Below are positions 29,249-39,206 of a DNA stretch of 64,000 bases, one piece after another. The position numbers and the translations under genes are program-made. This DNA comes from an uncultured Gemmatimonadales bacterium (GTDB lineage: Bacteria > Gemmatimonadota > Gemmatimonadetes > Gemmatimonadales > GWC2-71-9). Each line of letters starts with the position of its first letter. Positions within the stretch are counted from its first letter, which is position 1. The notes under the pieces are model-generated. The model did no database searches. It was not told the DNA's origin and saw nothing but the letters and a program-made list of their open reading frames with translations. The stretch covers positions 160,001 through 224,000 of the forward strand of contig CAVYSW010000003.1 in the NCBI GenBank assembly GCA_963771275.1. Direction: 5' to 3'.

Positions 29249-30921
29249 AAGTCTGCCCGACTTGCGGCTCCGAATACGCGGACGACCAGAAGTTCTGCCC
29301 GCGCGACGGGACGGCCCTGCGCTCGACGACGCAGGGCAGTCTGGTGGACAGCGTCATCGCCGATCGCTACCACATCGTCAAGAAGCTCGGTGAGGGCGGC
29401 ATGGGTGCGGTCTACCTCGGCGAGCACGTCAAGATGGGCCGGAGCAGCGCCATCAAGGTGATGTCACAGACGATGGCGAGCGATCCCGATGCGATCGCCC
29501 GGTTCAACCGCGAGGCCGCCAACGCGGCCCGCATCAACCACCCGAACGTCTGCCAGATCTACGACTTCGGCGAAACGCCGGACGGCCTCATCTACCTCGC
29601 GATGGAGTTCATCGAGGGTGAGTCGCTGGGCGACGTCCTCGAGCGCGAGGTGCGACTCCCGCCCCCGCGCGCCGTCTCGATCCTGCGACAGACCGCCGAC
29701 GCGCTCCAGGCCGCGCACGACCTCGGGATCGTCCACCGCGATCTCAAGCCCGACAACATCATGCTGTCCCGCGGCCGCGGCGGGGCCGACGTGGTGAAGG
29801 TGGTGGATTTCGGGATCGCCAAGGCCATGAGTGGCGAGGAGGGCCAGCAGGTCACCAAGACCGGGCTGGTCGTCGGCACCCCCGAGTACATGAGCCCCGA
29901 GCAGCTGTCCGGGGACAAGCTGGACGGCCGCAGCGACCTCTATTCCCTCGCCCTGGTGTTCTACCGCTGCCTCACGGGCACATTCGCGTTCCAGGCGGAC
30001 AGCACGCAGGAGATGATGATCAAGCGGCTGACCGACAATCCCCTGCCGCTCAACGTGGCGCAGCCGGGGGCGAGCTACCCCGACGCGCTGCAGCGTGTGC
30101 TCGACCAGGCGCTCGCCCGGATGCCGGCGGACCGCTACGCCAGCGCCGTCCAGTTCGCCACCGAGGCGGCGGCGGCCGTGCGCGGCATGCCGGCCCAGCC
30201 GGCCGCCGGTGATGGGGAGGCCGCGACGCAGCTGCTGAGCGCGACCGACGAGGCGACCCGGCTGCCGCCCACGCAGGTGCGAACGTCGGAGAAGGTGCCC
30301 GCCCCCACCCCGACAGCGCGCACGCCGACCACTCCCCAGCCCGCGTCGTCGCCCTCGCGCCCGTCCGGGCGGCGGGTCCCGGTACTCGCGATCGTCGCCG
30401 CCCTGGTGGTCGTGGGTGGCGGGGCGACCGCGGCGGTCAAGCTCCTGGGCGGTCGCGCCAGGACACCGGCCCGGGACAGCACCCAGGTGGCGCTACCGGG
30501 CGCCATACCCCCCAGCAACGCCGAGTCGACCGCTGCCCGCCCGCCTGACACCGCACGACCGCCGCGCACGGGCGGGGGCACCGAGCGGACGGGCGGCGGG
30601 CCGATCCCGGTGGACACGCCACGCGTGGCGGCGCCGATCCCATCCACGGTGGACAGCGCGGCCCTCGACGCCGAGTTGCTCAAGCTCCTGGACGAGTTCG
30701 GCACCGCCGGCGAAACGACAGCCATTCGCAGGACCCTCGACATCTCCCAGGACGCCCGGGTCCCGGTGAGCCTCCGGGCGCAGGCGGCCGCCATGGCGGC
30801 GAGCGCGCTCGTGACACGGGACCTGCCACGTGCGTGCCGGCTGTGGCAGCAGGCCCAGACGTGGATGCCTACCGTACAGTCGTACACGCAAGCCCTCCAA
30901 TCCGCGAGGTGCGGCTCGTGA
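29245..30921 (+). CDS. membrane Ser/Thr protein kinase with N-terminal Zn ribbon
   Basis: CPTC..FCPRDG, LGEGGMG, AIK, HRDLKPDN, DFG, GTPEYMSPE; TM then helical C-terminus. Confidence 0.93.
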   Translation: MKVCPTCGSEYADDQKFCPRDGTALRSTTQGSLVDSVIADRYHIVKKLGEGGMGAVYLGEHVKMGRSSAIKVMSQTMASDPDAIARFNREAANAARINHPNVCQIYDFGETPDGLIYLAMEFIEGESLGDVLEREVRLPPPRAVSILRQTADALQAAHDLGIVHRDLKPDNIMLSRGRGGADVVKVVDFGIAKAMSGEEGQQVTKTGLVVGTPEYMSPEQLSGDKLDGRSDLYSLALVFYRCLTGTFAFQADSTQEMMIKRLTDNPLPLNVAQPGASYPDALQRVLDQALARMPADRYASAVQFATEAAAAVRGMPAQPAAGDGEAATQLLSATDEATRLPPTQVRTSEKVPAPTPTARTPTTPQPASSPSRPSGRRVPVLAIVAALVVVGGGATAAVKLLGGRARTPARDSTQVALPGAIPPSNAESTAARPPDTARPPRTGGGTERTGGGPIPVDTPRVAAPIPSTVDSAALDAELLKLLDEFGTAGETTAIRRTLDISQDARVPVSLRAQAAAMAASALVTRDLPRACRLWQQAQTWMPTVQSYTQALQSARCGS

Positions 30922-31946
30922 GCCTGTTCAAACTCGGGAGGGAGCCGGCGGTCCGGGTCTCGGTCTTCGCCAAGACCGATCTCGGCCGCACGCGCGACCA
31001 CAACGAGGACACCTTCCTGGTGGCGGACCTCACCACGCGACAGGCGTCGCTCCAGCCGGAGGTCCGGGAGCACGTGCTCGGGCCGCGGGGCTCGCTGCTC
31101 ATGGTGGCCGACGGCATGGGCGGCGCGGCGGCCGGTGAGGTCGCGAGCCAGATGGCGGCGGAGACCGTGTTCGAGCACCTCATGACGACCTGGTGCGAGG
31201 ATGCGGATGCGTCCCCGCAGCAGTTCGCCCTGCGCCTCAAGGAGGCGGTCGAGCAGGCCAACGGCCGGATCAACGAGTACGCTCGGCGGCATCCCGAGCT
31301 CCGCGGCATGGGGACGACGACCACGGCGGTCGGCGTGCTGCAGGATCACCTCTACCTCACGCAGGTGGGCGATTCGCGCGCGTACCTCGTGCGCAGCGGC
31401 CAGGCGATTCAGCTCACGAAAGACCAGTCCCTGATGCAGCGGCTGGTGGACGCCGGCGAGCTCACCGAGGAAGAGGCGGAGCGCAGCGAGCGCAAGAACA
31501 TCATCCTGCAGGCGCTGGGTCCCGACGCGCGGGTCCGCGTCGATCTCACCCACCAGGAGGTCCGGCGCGGCGACGCGATCGTGCTGTGCTCCGACGGCCT
31601 GTCGGGTCAGGTGAGGCGCGAGGAGATCGCGGCGGCGGTCGGGGACGGGAGCCGGGACCTGCCGGCCGTCTGCGCCGACCTGATCGCGCTGGCCAACGAG
31701 CGGGGCGGCCCGGACAACATCACCGTCGTCGTCGCGCGCGTGTCAGGGGACGGCCTCGCCGAGGCCCGGACCGACGACGCCGTGGGCCACGCCGCGTTCC
31801 CGCTGGTGGACGGGGAGTCCACCACGGAGCCGGTGCCCGTTTACAGGGGCAGTCCGGCACCCGAGCCGAAGGGGGCGGCCCGCGCGCTCCTGGTCACGTC
31901 GCTCGCCGTGATCGCCATCGCGGCGGTGATCTACGCCCTGACGTGA
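30918..31946 (+). CDS. PP2C-type Ser/Thr phosphatase (Stp1/PrpC-like) with C-terminal TM
   Basis: GRTRDHNED, VADGMGG, MGTT, VGDSRAY, LCSDGL, GGPDNIT; GTGA overlap with kinase. Confidence 0.93.
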   Translation: MSLFKLGREPAVRVSVFAKTDLGRTRDHNEDTFLVADLTTRQASLQPEVREHVLGPRGSLLMVADGMGGAAAGEVASQMAAETVFEHLMTTWCEDADASPQQFALRLKEAVEQANGRINEYARRHPELRGMGTTTTAVGVLQDHLYLTQVGDSRAYLVRSGQAIQLTKDQSLMQRLVDAGELTEEEAERSERKNIILQALGPDARVRVDLTHQEVRRGDAIVLCSDGLSGQVRREEIAAAVGDGSRDLPAVCADLIALANERGGPDNITVVVARVSGDGLAEARTDDAVGHAAFPLVDGESTTEPVPVYRGSPAPEPKGAARALLVTSLAVIAIAAVIYALT

Positions 31947-31965
31947 CGCGGCGGCCGCAGGTCCC

Positions 31966-33429
31966 GTGAAGCTCCAGCTTCGCATCCTGACCGGGGCCCG
32001 CGCCGGGGTCGCCGGGGTCTTCTCCCAGCCCGAAGTCGGCCTCGGCCGCCACCCAGCCTGCGAGCTGCAGCTCGACCCCGACCGGGACCTCGACGTTTCC
32101 GCACGCCACGCCGTGATCACGCGACAGGGTGACCGCTGGAGCGTGCGGGACCTCTCGAGCCGCAACGGGACGTTGGTGAACGGGCACCCAATCCATACGG
32201 CTACCCGGCTGGACGACACCGACCAGATCCGCCTGGGGCCCGCGGGACCGACCGTGGAGGTCCGCCTCGTGCCCGAGGGCGTCGAGGATCAGCGGCCGGC
32301 CGCGCCGACCCCGTCGGTGGAGGGGCCGTCCAGCACGCCGATGCGCCGCACGGGCACGACACCCGCCGCGGCACCCGCCCCGACGCACGCGCGGCGCGCC
32401 CCCAGCACGACCCAGCGGATCCGCATCGAGGTCGGGCGCCAGACCCGCCGCCTGCGAACCGTGAGTGGCGTGCTCCTGCTCCTGCTCGTGGCAGCCGGCG
32501 GGTACGCGGTCGTGAGCCGCCGGCAGCAGGCGGCCGACCGCGCGCGTGAGCGCGCCGCCTGGCAGGCGCGGACCGACAGCATCGTGCGGGCGTCCGACGC
32601 GGCGGTGCGGCAGCTCCGTGGGGAGGTGGCGGGGCTCGCCGACGCGCTGCGGGAGTCCCAGACCCAGGTCCAGCGGCTGCAGGGGGAGCTGCGCACGGCC
32701 GAGGACGCCGGGAGGCCGGGCGACGTCGCGCGCCTCCGGGCGGAGCTCACGGCCGCCACCGCGGCGCTGAGCGCGCAACAGGCGGCGGCCCTGCTCGACT
32801 ACCGCAGCATCCACCAGAACAACAACCGGGCGGTGGCGATGCTCTGGGCCGAGTTCCAGCCCGGAGACGTGACCACGGGCACGTCGTTCGCCGTCACCGC
32901 GGACGGCTTGATGATCACGAATCGGCACGTGGTCTACGGGCCCGACGGCACCAGACGTCCGCGTCGCCTCGCCGTGCAGTTCACCGGTTCCGCGCAGGTC
33001 TGGCGGGCGCACGTCGTCGCGACCAGCCCCGATGCGGACGTCGCGATCATCCGGGTCGAGGGAATCGTCGGCGCGGTGCCGTTCGTTCCCGTGCCCGGTG
33101 GCGCGGCCGCCGCCGAGCCGGGCGACCCGGTTGCCATCATCGGCTTCCCGTTCGGCACCGATCTGCCGATGCGCTCGGCCGGCGAGCCCAACCTCGTGCG
33201 CACCACGCTCACCGCGGGCACGGTGAGCAAGGTGCTCCCCGACCTGCTCCAGATCGACGGCTTCGGCGCCCAGGGCGCCAGCGGCAGCCCCGTGTTCAAT
33301 CGGGATGGCACGCTGCTCGGCGTGCTGTACGGCGGCGAGCCCGGCACCGAAGGCCGCGTCGTCTATGCGGTCCCTGTGAAGTACGTCACAGCGCTCCTCA
33401 GGCAACTCGCGACAAGTTCGGTCCCCTAG
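31966..33429 (+). CDS. FHA-TM-coiled coil-trypsin-like serine protease
   Basis: FHA GRH..VSARHA..SRNGT; TM; triad ITNRHV / DADVAI / GASGSP. Confidence 0.88.
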   Translation: MKLQLRILTGARAGVAGVFSQPEVGLGRHPACELQLDPDRDLDVSARHAVITRQGDRWSVRDLSSRNGTLVNGHPIHTATRLDDTDQIRLGPAGPTVEVRLVPEGVEDQRPAAPTPSVEGPSSTPMRRTGTTPAAAPAPTHARRAPSTTQRIRIEVGRQTRRLRTVSGVLLLLLVAAGGYAVVSRRQQAADRARERAAWQARTDSIVRASDAAVRQLRGEVAGLADALRESQTQVQRLQGELRTAEDAGRPGDVARLRAELTAATAALSAQQAAALLDYRSIHQNNNRAVAMLWAEFQPGDVTTGTSFAVTADGLMITNRHVVYGPDGTRRPRRLAVQFTGSAQVWRAHVVATSPDADVAIIRVEGIVGAVPFVPVPGGAAAAEPGDPVAIIGFPFGTDLPMRSAGEPNLVRTTLTAGTVSKVLPDLLQIDGFGAQGASGSPVFNRDGTLLGVLYGGEPGTEGRVVYAVPVKYVTALLRQLATSSVP

Positions 33430-33452
33430 CCCTCACACCGAGGCGCCACCCA

Positions 33453-34001
33453 ATGCCAAGACGCGTGCTCTGCCTGGTCGCCCTGCTCGGGGCGCTGGCC
33501 TGCGACATCCCAGGCGCCCCGAAGTGGAGCGCGGACTTTCTGTTCCCGCTGGACGTGCCGGACATCGTGCTGGCCGACTACGGCGTGGGCGGCGTGATCC
33601 CCCCGACCGACGTGACCTTCGTGACGCCGATCGAGAGCCAGGACGTCTCGAGCGGCCTGAGCGAGAAGATCCTCAGCGAGGACATTACCGCGATCTCGGC
33701 GGAAATCATCAGCGGCACCGACGTGAACGTGACCGGCACGGTCACGTTCACGATCGCCACCGATCCGGCCAATCTGTTCAGCGCCAATCCCCAGCAGGCG
33801 GTGACGGTGCAGTTCCCCATCACCGCGGCGGACACCACCAGGGTCACCGCCGCCCCCACGCTGTTCAAGGACGCCGCGACCCTCTACTACCAGTCGAGCG
33901 TCACCGCCCGTGGCGCGTCGCCCGGTGGCACGCCGGTGAGCGCGGGTGACAACGTGCGACTCGGCGCGAACATCTTTGCCACCATTCCGGTGTCCAAGTG
34001 A
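33453..34001 (+). CDS. hypothetical lipoprotein (beta-rich)
   Basis: LLGALAC lipobox; SD GAGG. Confidence 0.75.
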   Translation: MPRRVLCLVALLGALACDIPGAPKWSADFLFPLDVPDIVLADYGVGGVIPPTDVTFVTPIESQDVSSGLSEKILSEDITAISAEIISGTDVNVTGTVTFTIATDPANLFSANPQQAVTVQFPITAADTTRVTAAPTLFKDAATLYYQSSVTARGASPGGTPVSAGDNVRLGANIFATIPVSK

Positions 34002-34009
34002 GGCCGCCC

Positions 34010-35314
34010 ATGCGCATCCGACCGCTGCTCACGATCGGGCTGCTCGCGGTCCCGGCGGCCTTGTCGGCCCAGCTCCCGTCCGCCACCGCACGCAGCACCG
34101 CCATGCTACAGAGCAACACCGCGGCCGCGCGCGGCTACGAGGCGATCGTCTGGAACCCCGCGCTGCTCGCCATGCCCGGGCATCCTGGCTTCTCCCTCAA
34201 CATCGCGCAGGTCGCGGCCGAGATCCACAGCAACACGCTGGGCCCGTCGGACGTGCTGCACTACCTGAACGACACGCTCGATACGGCTGCGAAGGACAAG
34301 ATCCTCGGCGAGATCCGGGCGGGCAGCGACTCGACGCTCGCGCTCGGCGCCACGGCGGGCGGGCAGGCGCTCGGGCTCACCCTCGGCCCGTTCGGCATCA
34401 TGGCCACCGGGGCCGGAGATGGCTATGCGGCCGTGAGCGACGACGCCGTGGAGCTGGCCCTGTACGGCAACGTCACGCGGCGCGCTCCGGGCCAGCGGTA
34501 CGGCGCAACCGGCACCACGGGGTCGGGGTGGGCGGGCGCCTCCCTCGCGATCGGCTTCGGTCTCCCGCTCCGCGTCGTCCCGGTGGGGCACCTCGCGGTC
34601 GGCGCCACGCTCAAGCTCACGCAGATGGTCACCGCCGGCGTCGCGGGGGATGCCGGGTCGTTCCTCCAGAACGCGCCCAACTTCTCAGCCCGCGCTGCCG
34701 GCCAGGCACTGATCTTCCATCCCGACTCGAGCGCCACGAACAACGGCTTCGGCGTGGGGCTCGATTTCGGGGTCGCGTACGACCTCGTATCGGGCATCCG
34801 GCTCGGACTGGCCGTCGAGAACGTGTTCTCGACGATCAGCTGGAAAGAGCGGAACCTGGTCTACTACCGGCAGGACTACATCATGGAGCAGGTCGGCGAC
34901 CAGTTCACCGACAGCACGGTGGCGGACATCGACATGCCGTACGACCCGACCGACCCGAACCAGCTCGCCCTGCACGATTCCCTGGTGGGCGCGCAGACAT
35001 TCCCGACGAGAGTCCGGGCGGGCGTGCTGCTGAGCGCGGGTCCGTTCCGCATCGCCGGCGACGGCATGCTGCAGCTCAAGCGGGGGCTCGTGCCCGGTGA
35101 CAAGCAGCGCCTGAGCGCCGGCGCGGAGCTGCCACTCGGCGGGTTCTTCGCCCTGCGGGCGGGGTTGTCCAGCAACTTCGCCGGCGGCTTCAGCTACGGC
35201 GGGGGGTTCGGGTTCAAGATGGGACCAGTCCGCCTGGACCTGGGGGCGAGCGCGACACCGGGGGGCAGTCGCCAGGGCATGCAGGCGGCGTTCGGGTTGA
35301 GCGTGATGAAGTGA
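34010..35314 (+). CDS. outer membrane beta-barrel protein (DUF5723/TraF/FadL-like)
   Basis: Signal peptide, WNPALL, GFGVGLDFGVAY, LALRAG-like strands. Confidence 0.7.
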   Translation: MRIRPLLTIGLLAVPAALSAQLPSATARSTAMLQSNTAAARGYEAIVWNPALLAMPGHPGFSLNIAQVAAEIHSNTLGPSDVLHYLNDTLDTAAKDKILGEIRAGSDSTLALGATAGGQALGLTLGPFGIMATGAGDGYAAVSDDAVELALYGNVTRRAPGQRYGATGTTGSGWAGASLAIGFGLPLRVVPVGHLAVGATLKLTQMVTAGVAGDAGSFLQNAPNFSARAAGQALIFHPDSSATNNGFGVGLDFGVAYDLVSGIRLGLAVENVFSTISWKERNLVYYRQDYIMEQVGDQFTDSTVADIDMPYDPTDPNQLALHDSLVGAQTFPTRVRAGVLLSAGPFRIAGDGMLQLKRGLVPGDKQRLSAGAELPLGGFFALRAGLSSNFAGGFSYGGGFGFKMGPVRLDLGASATPGGSRQGMQAAFGLSVMK

Positions 35315-35332
35315 GGGTTGGGGGGCGAGCCG

Positions 35333-36451
35333 CTATCTCGGCGTGATGCGCCCCAGCACCCTCGGTCCCGCCGCGCCGGTGGCGCTCGGCACGTTGCCCG
35401 GGCGCCCCCGCAGCGTGAGCCAGCCGAGCAGCGCGAACGCCACCGCCTCCTTCGCGTCCCCGTCAAAGAACAAGTCGTCGAATGGCCGCACCGGGCGCGT
35501 CAGCGCGCGGCGGAGCCCCTCCACAAGCACGGGGTTCCGGCCGCCCCCTCCCGACACGACCACGTCGGCGCCGTCATCCGGCAGCCAGCGGGCAATCTGA
35601 TCGGCAATCGTGGCGACGGTGAAGTGGGCCGCGGTGGCGACGCAGTCCTCGTCGGTCGCTCCGGCTCGCCGGACCCGGATCTCGCGCACCAGGCCGTGCG
35701 CGAACGCGTCGCCGAACGTCTCGCGCCCCGTGCTCTTGGGCGGCGGTGCGGCAAAGAACGGATCGCCCAGCAGGTCCGCCACGAGCTGCTCGTCGACCCG
35801 GCCGGCCGCCGCGAGCCGCCCATCTTCGTCGAACGGCAGCCCGGGTCTCAGCTCCCGGGTGACGGCATCGAGCACCGCCACGCCCGGTCCGGTGTCGAAC
35901 GCGATCGTCCGCTCGGGGGCGCCGCCTGCCGGCACCCATGTCACGTTCGCCATGCCACCGATGTTGAGCAGGATCCGGCTGCGATCCGGCGCGGCAAACA
36001 GGAGGGCGTCCGCCACGGGGACCAGCGGGGCGCCCTGCCCCCCCGCCGCGACATCCCGGCTCCGGAAATCGCTCACCACGGGAACGCCCAGGGCCTCAGC
36101 GATCACCGCCGGGTCGCCGAGCTGGAGGGTCGCCTTTGCCGGCTCATGCCACACCGTCTGCCCGTGGCTCGCGACGAAGCCGAGCGCCGCGGCCGGCGTC
36201 CCGCTCGCGGCCAGCACCTCGCGCGCGGCGGCCGCAAGCCGACGGCCCAGCTCGACGTGGAGCAGCGCTACGTCGCGCACCCCGCCGTGCGCGATCGTCC
36301 GGAGGATGCTCTGGCGGAACTCGGCGTCGTACGGGGCGGTGCGGAACGCGACCAGCTCCACCCGCGGGCGGTCGCCGCTGAATCGCACCAGCGCGGCGTC
36401 CACGCCGTCAAGCGAGGTGCCCGACATCAGACCGATGGCCAGGTCCTTCAC
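35333..36451 (-). CDS. anmK: anhydro-N-acetylmuramic acid kinase
   Basis: IGLMSGTSLDGVD, SHGQTVWH, GGQGAPLVP, NIGGMAN, FDTGPG, KEAVAFA. Confidence 0.96.
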   Translation of the reverse strand: MKDLAIGLMSGTSLDGVDAALVRFSGDRPRVELVAFRTAPYDAEFRQSILRTIAHGGVRDVALLHVELGRRLAAAAREVLAASGTPAAALGFVASHGQTVWHEPAKATLQLGDPAVIAEALGVPVVSDFRSRDVAAGGQGAPLVPVADALLFAAPDRSRILLNIGGMANVTWVPAGGAPERTIAFDTGPGVAVLDAVTRELRPGLPFDEDGRLAAAGRVDEQLVADLLGDPFFAAPPPKSTGRETFGDAFAHGLVREIRVRRAGATDEDCVATAAHFTVATIADQIARWLPDDGADVVVSGGGGRNPVLVEGLRRALTRPVRPFDDLFFDGDAKEAVAFALLGWLTLRGRPGNVPSATGAAGPRVLGRITPR

Positions 36452-37374
36452 GGCGTCACGCCAGGCGGATCGCCGATCACCCGGCGGATCACGTCACCGG
36501 CCTGCTCCAGCAGGCGCCGCGCCTCGACCGGACTCACATCGCGCCGCAGCATGACCATCGCGAGCTTCACGCTTCCCTCCGCCGCCTCGATCGCGTCGCG
36601 TGCCGTTGCCCGATCGACCCGGCACGTCTCCATCACGATGCGCTCGCCGCGATCGTGCAGCTTGTCGCTCCACGCCTGGAGATCGACCATCAGGTTGCCG
36701 TAGGTCTTCCCCAAGCGGATCATCGCGCCCGTCGTGATCGTGTTGAGCGCGAGCTTGGTCGCCGTTCCCGCCTTCATCCGGGTCGAGCCGGTCACGACTT
36801 CCGGGCCCACCCGCAGCACGATGAGCTGGTCGCAGGTCCGCCGCAGCACCTCTGGCGGATCGGCACAGGTGAGCAGCACCGTCCTGGCTCCCCGCGCCTG
36901 GGCGCGGGCGAGCGCGGCCCCCACGTACGGCGTGGTGCCGCTTGCCGCGATCCCGATCACGAGATCCCTGTCGCCCACGTGGTGGGCGTCCATGGCTCGG
37001 GTGCCGGCTTCCTGGTCGTCCTCCGCGCCTTCCTCGCCCCGCACCAGCGCGTCCCGCCCGCCGGCGATGATCCCGACGACCAGCTCGGGCGGAATGCCGA
37101 ACGTCGGCGGGCACTCCGCCGCGTCCAGCACTCCCAGTCGGCCGCTCGTGCCGGCGCCGACGTAGAGCAGGCGGCCGCCCGCGCGGAACCCGCGCACGGC
37201 GAGATCGATCGTCGCCGCGATCGCCTCCCGGGCCTGGTGGACCGCCACGGGGACCAGGCCGTCCTCCGCGTTGATCAGGTCGGCGATCTCGAGCGCCGAG
37301 GCAACGTCGATGTCCACCGTGCGCGGGTTGCGCTGCTCGGTGAGTCGAGGGTCGCGAAACTCGGGCGTGGACAT
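36448..37374 (-). CDS. murQ: N-acetylmuramic acid 6-phosphate etherase
   Basis: TEQRNP, GAGTSGRLGVLDAAECPPTF, GPEVVTGSTRMKAGTATK. Confidence 0.96.
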   Translation of the reverse strand: MSTPEFRDPRLTEQRNPRTVDIDVASALEIADLINAEDGLVPVAVHQAREAIAATIDLAVRGFRAGGRLLYVGAGTSGRLGVLDAAECPPTFGIPPELVVGIIAGGRDALVRGEEGAEDDQEAGTRAMDAHHVGDRDLVIGIAASGTTPYVGAALARAQARGARTVLLTCADPPEVLRRTCDQLIVLRVGPEVVTGSTRMKAGTATKLALNTITTGAMIRLGKTYGNLMVDLQAWSDKLHDRGERIVMETCRVDRATARDAIEAAEGSVKLAMVMLRRDVSPVEARRLLEQAGDVIRRVIGDPPGVTP

Positions 37375-37425
37375 GGCAGGTCGCTAAATTTCCCCCCGGA
37401 CCCTCTACCGGTCAACGACACCACG

Positions 37426-39132
37426 ATGCCGATACCCATGACGCTGCCCCGCCAGACGGCTCTTGCCGCCCTCGCGCTCCTCGCCGCATGCGCTCCCAGT
37501 CGCGCCCGCTGGCCGTTGTACCAGCAGGTCAAGGCCGTCGAGGCCCCGGAGGCGATGGTGGTCTCGGTGAGCCCGATCGCCACCCGGATCGGCGTGGACA
37601 TCCTCAAGCGCGGCGGGAACGCCGTCGACGCCGCGGTCGCGATCGGGTTCGCGCTGGCGGTGGTCCACCCAGGCGCAGGCAACATCGGCGGCGGCGGCTT
37701 CATGGTGATGCGGTTCGCCGACGGGGCGGTCACGTCGATCGACTACCGCGAGACCGCCCCGGGCCGTGCGACGCGCGACATGTACCTCGACTCGGCCGGG
37801 AATGTGACCGAGGCAAGTGTCACGGGGCCGCTGGCGGCCGGCGTCCCCGGGAGTGTCGCAGGCATGGCCGAAGCGCAGCGGCGCTACGGGAAGCTCGCGT
37901 GGGCCGACGTGCTCGCGCCGGCGGTGCAGCTCGCGCGCGAGGGATTCACCCTCGACGGCGACCGGGCCGCGGGGATTCGCCGGGACGCCGAACGCCTCGC
38001 GCGGTTTCCCGCGTCGGCGGCGCAGTTCCTCCCGAGCGGGGTCCCACCGGACTCCGGAGCCACGCTCGTCCAGACCGATCTCGCCCGCACGCTCCAGGCG
38101 ATCGCGGACAGTGGGCCGAGTGTCTTCTACCGGGGCTACATCGCCCGCCTGATCGTGGCCGAGATGCAGCGCGGAGGCGGGCTCATCTCCCGGGAGGATC
38201 TGGCCGCCTACACGCCGCTCTGGCGGCAGCCGATCAGCTTCGCGTATCGCGGCCACACGATCTACTCCATGCCCCCGTCCAGCTCGGGGGGCACGACGCT
38301 CGCCGAGATCCTCAACATGCTCGAGACCCGCGACCGGCTCGCGCCGTTCGGGTCGGCCGAGCAGGTGCATTTCCTGGCGGAGGTGATGCGGCGCGCGTTC
38401 GCGGACCGCAACGCCTACCTGGGCGACCCGGCGTTCGTCGAGATGCCCGTGGCGACGCTGATCTCCCAGGAGTACGGCGTCCGCCGCGCCGCCGACATCG
38501 CGCCCGACCGGGCGACGCCCTCGGGCGACGTCGCGCCCGGCCTCGGCGAGGGCACGCACACGACACACTACTCGGTGGTCGACGCGCTGGGAAACGCGGT
38601 GAGCGTCACCACCACGCTCAACTCCGGCTTCGGCAGCGCGGTGACCGTCGCCGGCGCCGGGTTTCTGCTCAACAACGAGATGGACGATTTCGCCTCGGCG
38701 CCGGGCAAGCCTAATCAGTACGGCCTGATCCAGGGGGACGCCAACGCGATCGCCCCCGGCAAACGGATGCTCTCGGCGATGACGCCGACGATCGTGCTCG
38801 ATCCGGCGGGGCGCCTCTTCATGGTGGTCGGGACACCCGGCGGCCCGACGATCATCACGACGGTGGCGCAGGTGATCTCCAACGTGATCGATCAGCACAT
38901 GTCGCTCGCCGACGCCGTGGCCGCCCCGCGCATCCACCACCAACACCTGCCGGATGTGCTGCGCTACGAGGGCGGTCTCGAGGCGACGACCCTGCGGCGC
39001 CTCCGGGCCATGGGGTACACGCTGCGCGCGGGGGACGGCTACAGCGGCGAGGTGGCGGCGATCGTCCGGGGAGAGCGTGGCTGGATCGGCGTGGCGGATC
39101 CCCGCATGGAAGGACTCGCCGCGGGCTACTGA
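37426..39132 (+). CDS. ggt: gamma-glutamyltranspeptidase
   Basis: LLAAC lipobox, GGNAVDAAVA, DYRETAP, HTTHYSVVD (catalytic Thr), LNNEMDDF, RMLSAMTP. Confidence 0.95.
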   Translation: MPIPMTLPRQTALAALALLAACAPSRARWPLYQQVKAVEAPEAMVVSVSPIATRIGVDILKRGGNAVDAAVAIGFALAVVHPGAGNIGGGGFMVMRFADGAVTSIDYRETAPGRATRDMYLDSAGNVTEASVTGPLAAGVPGSVAGMAEAQRRYGKLAWADVLAPAVQLAREGFTLDGDRAAGIRRDAERLARFPASAAQFLPSGVPPDSGATLVQTDLARTLQAIADSGPSVFYRGYIARLIVAEMQRGGGLISREDLAAYTPLWRQPISFAYRGHTIYSMPPSSSGGTTLAEILNMLETRDRLAPFGSAEQVHFLAEVMRRAFADRNAYLGDPAFVEMPVATLISQEYGVRRAADIAPDRATPSGDVAPGLGEGTHTTHYSVVDALGNAVSVTTTLNSGFGSAVTVAGAGFLLNNEMDDFASAPGKPNQYGLIQGDANAIAPGKRMLSAMTPTIVLDPAGRLFMVVGTPGGPTIITTVAQVISNVIDQHMSLADAVAAPRIHHQHLPDVLRYEGGLEATTLRRLRAMGYTLRAGDGYSGEVAAIVRGERGWIGVADPRMEGLAAGY

Positions 39133-39138
39133 CGAAAC

Positions 39139-39206
39139 GGGCAGCGAAGAGGGGCAGAGGGGGAGAGCGTGTTGCCCGCCCCTCTGCCCCCTCTGCGTTT
39201 CTGCCC
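39139..39206. terminator. long GC-rich hairpin between convergent genes
   Basis: gggcag..gaggggcagagggg / cccctctgccccctc..ctgccc. Confidence 0.55.
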
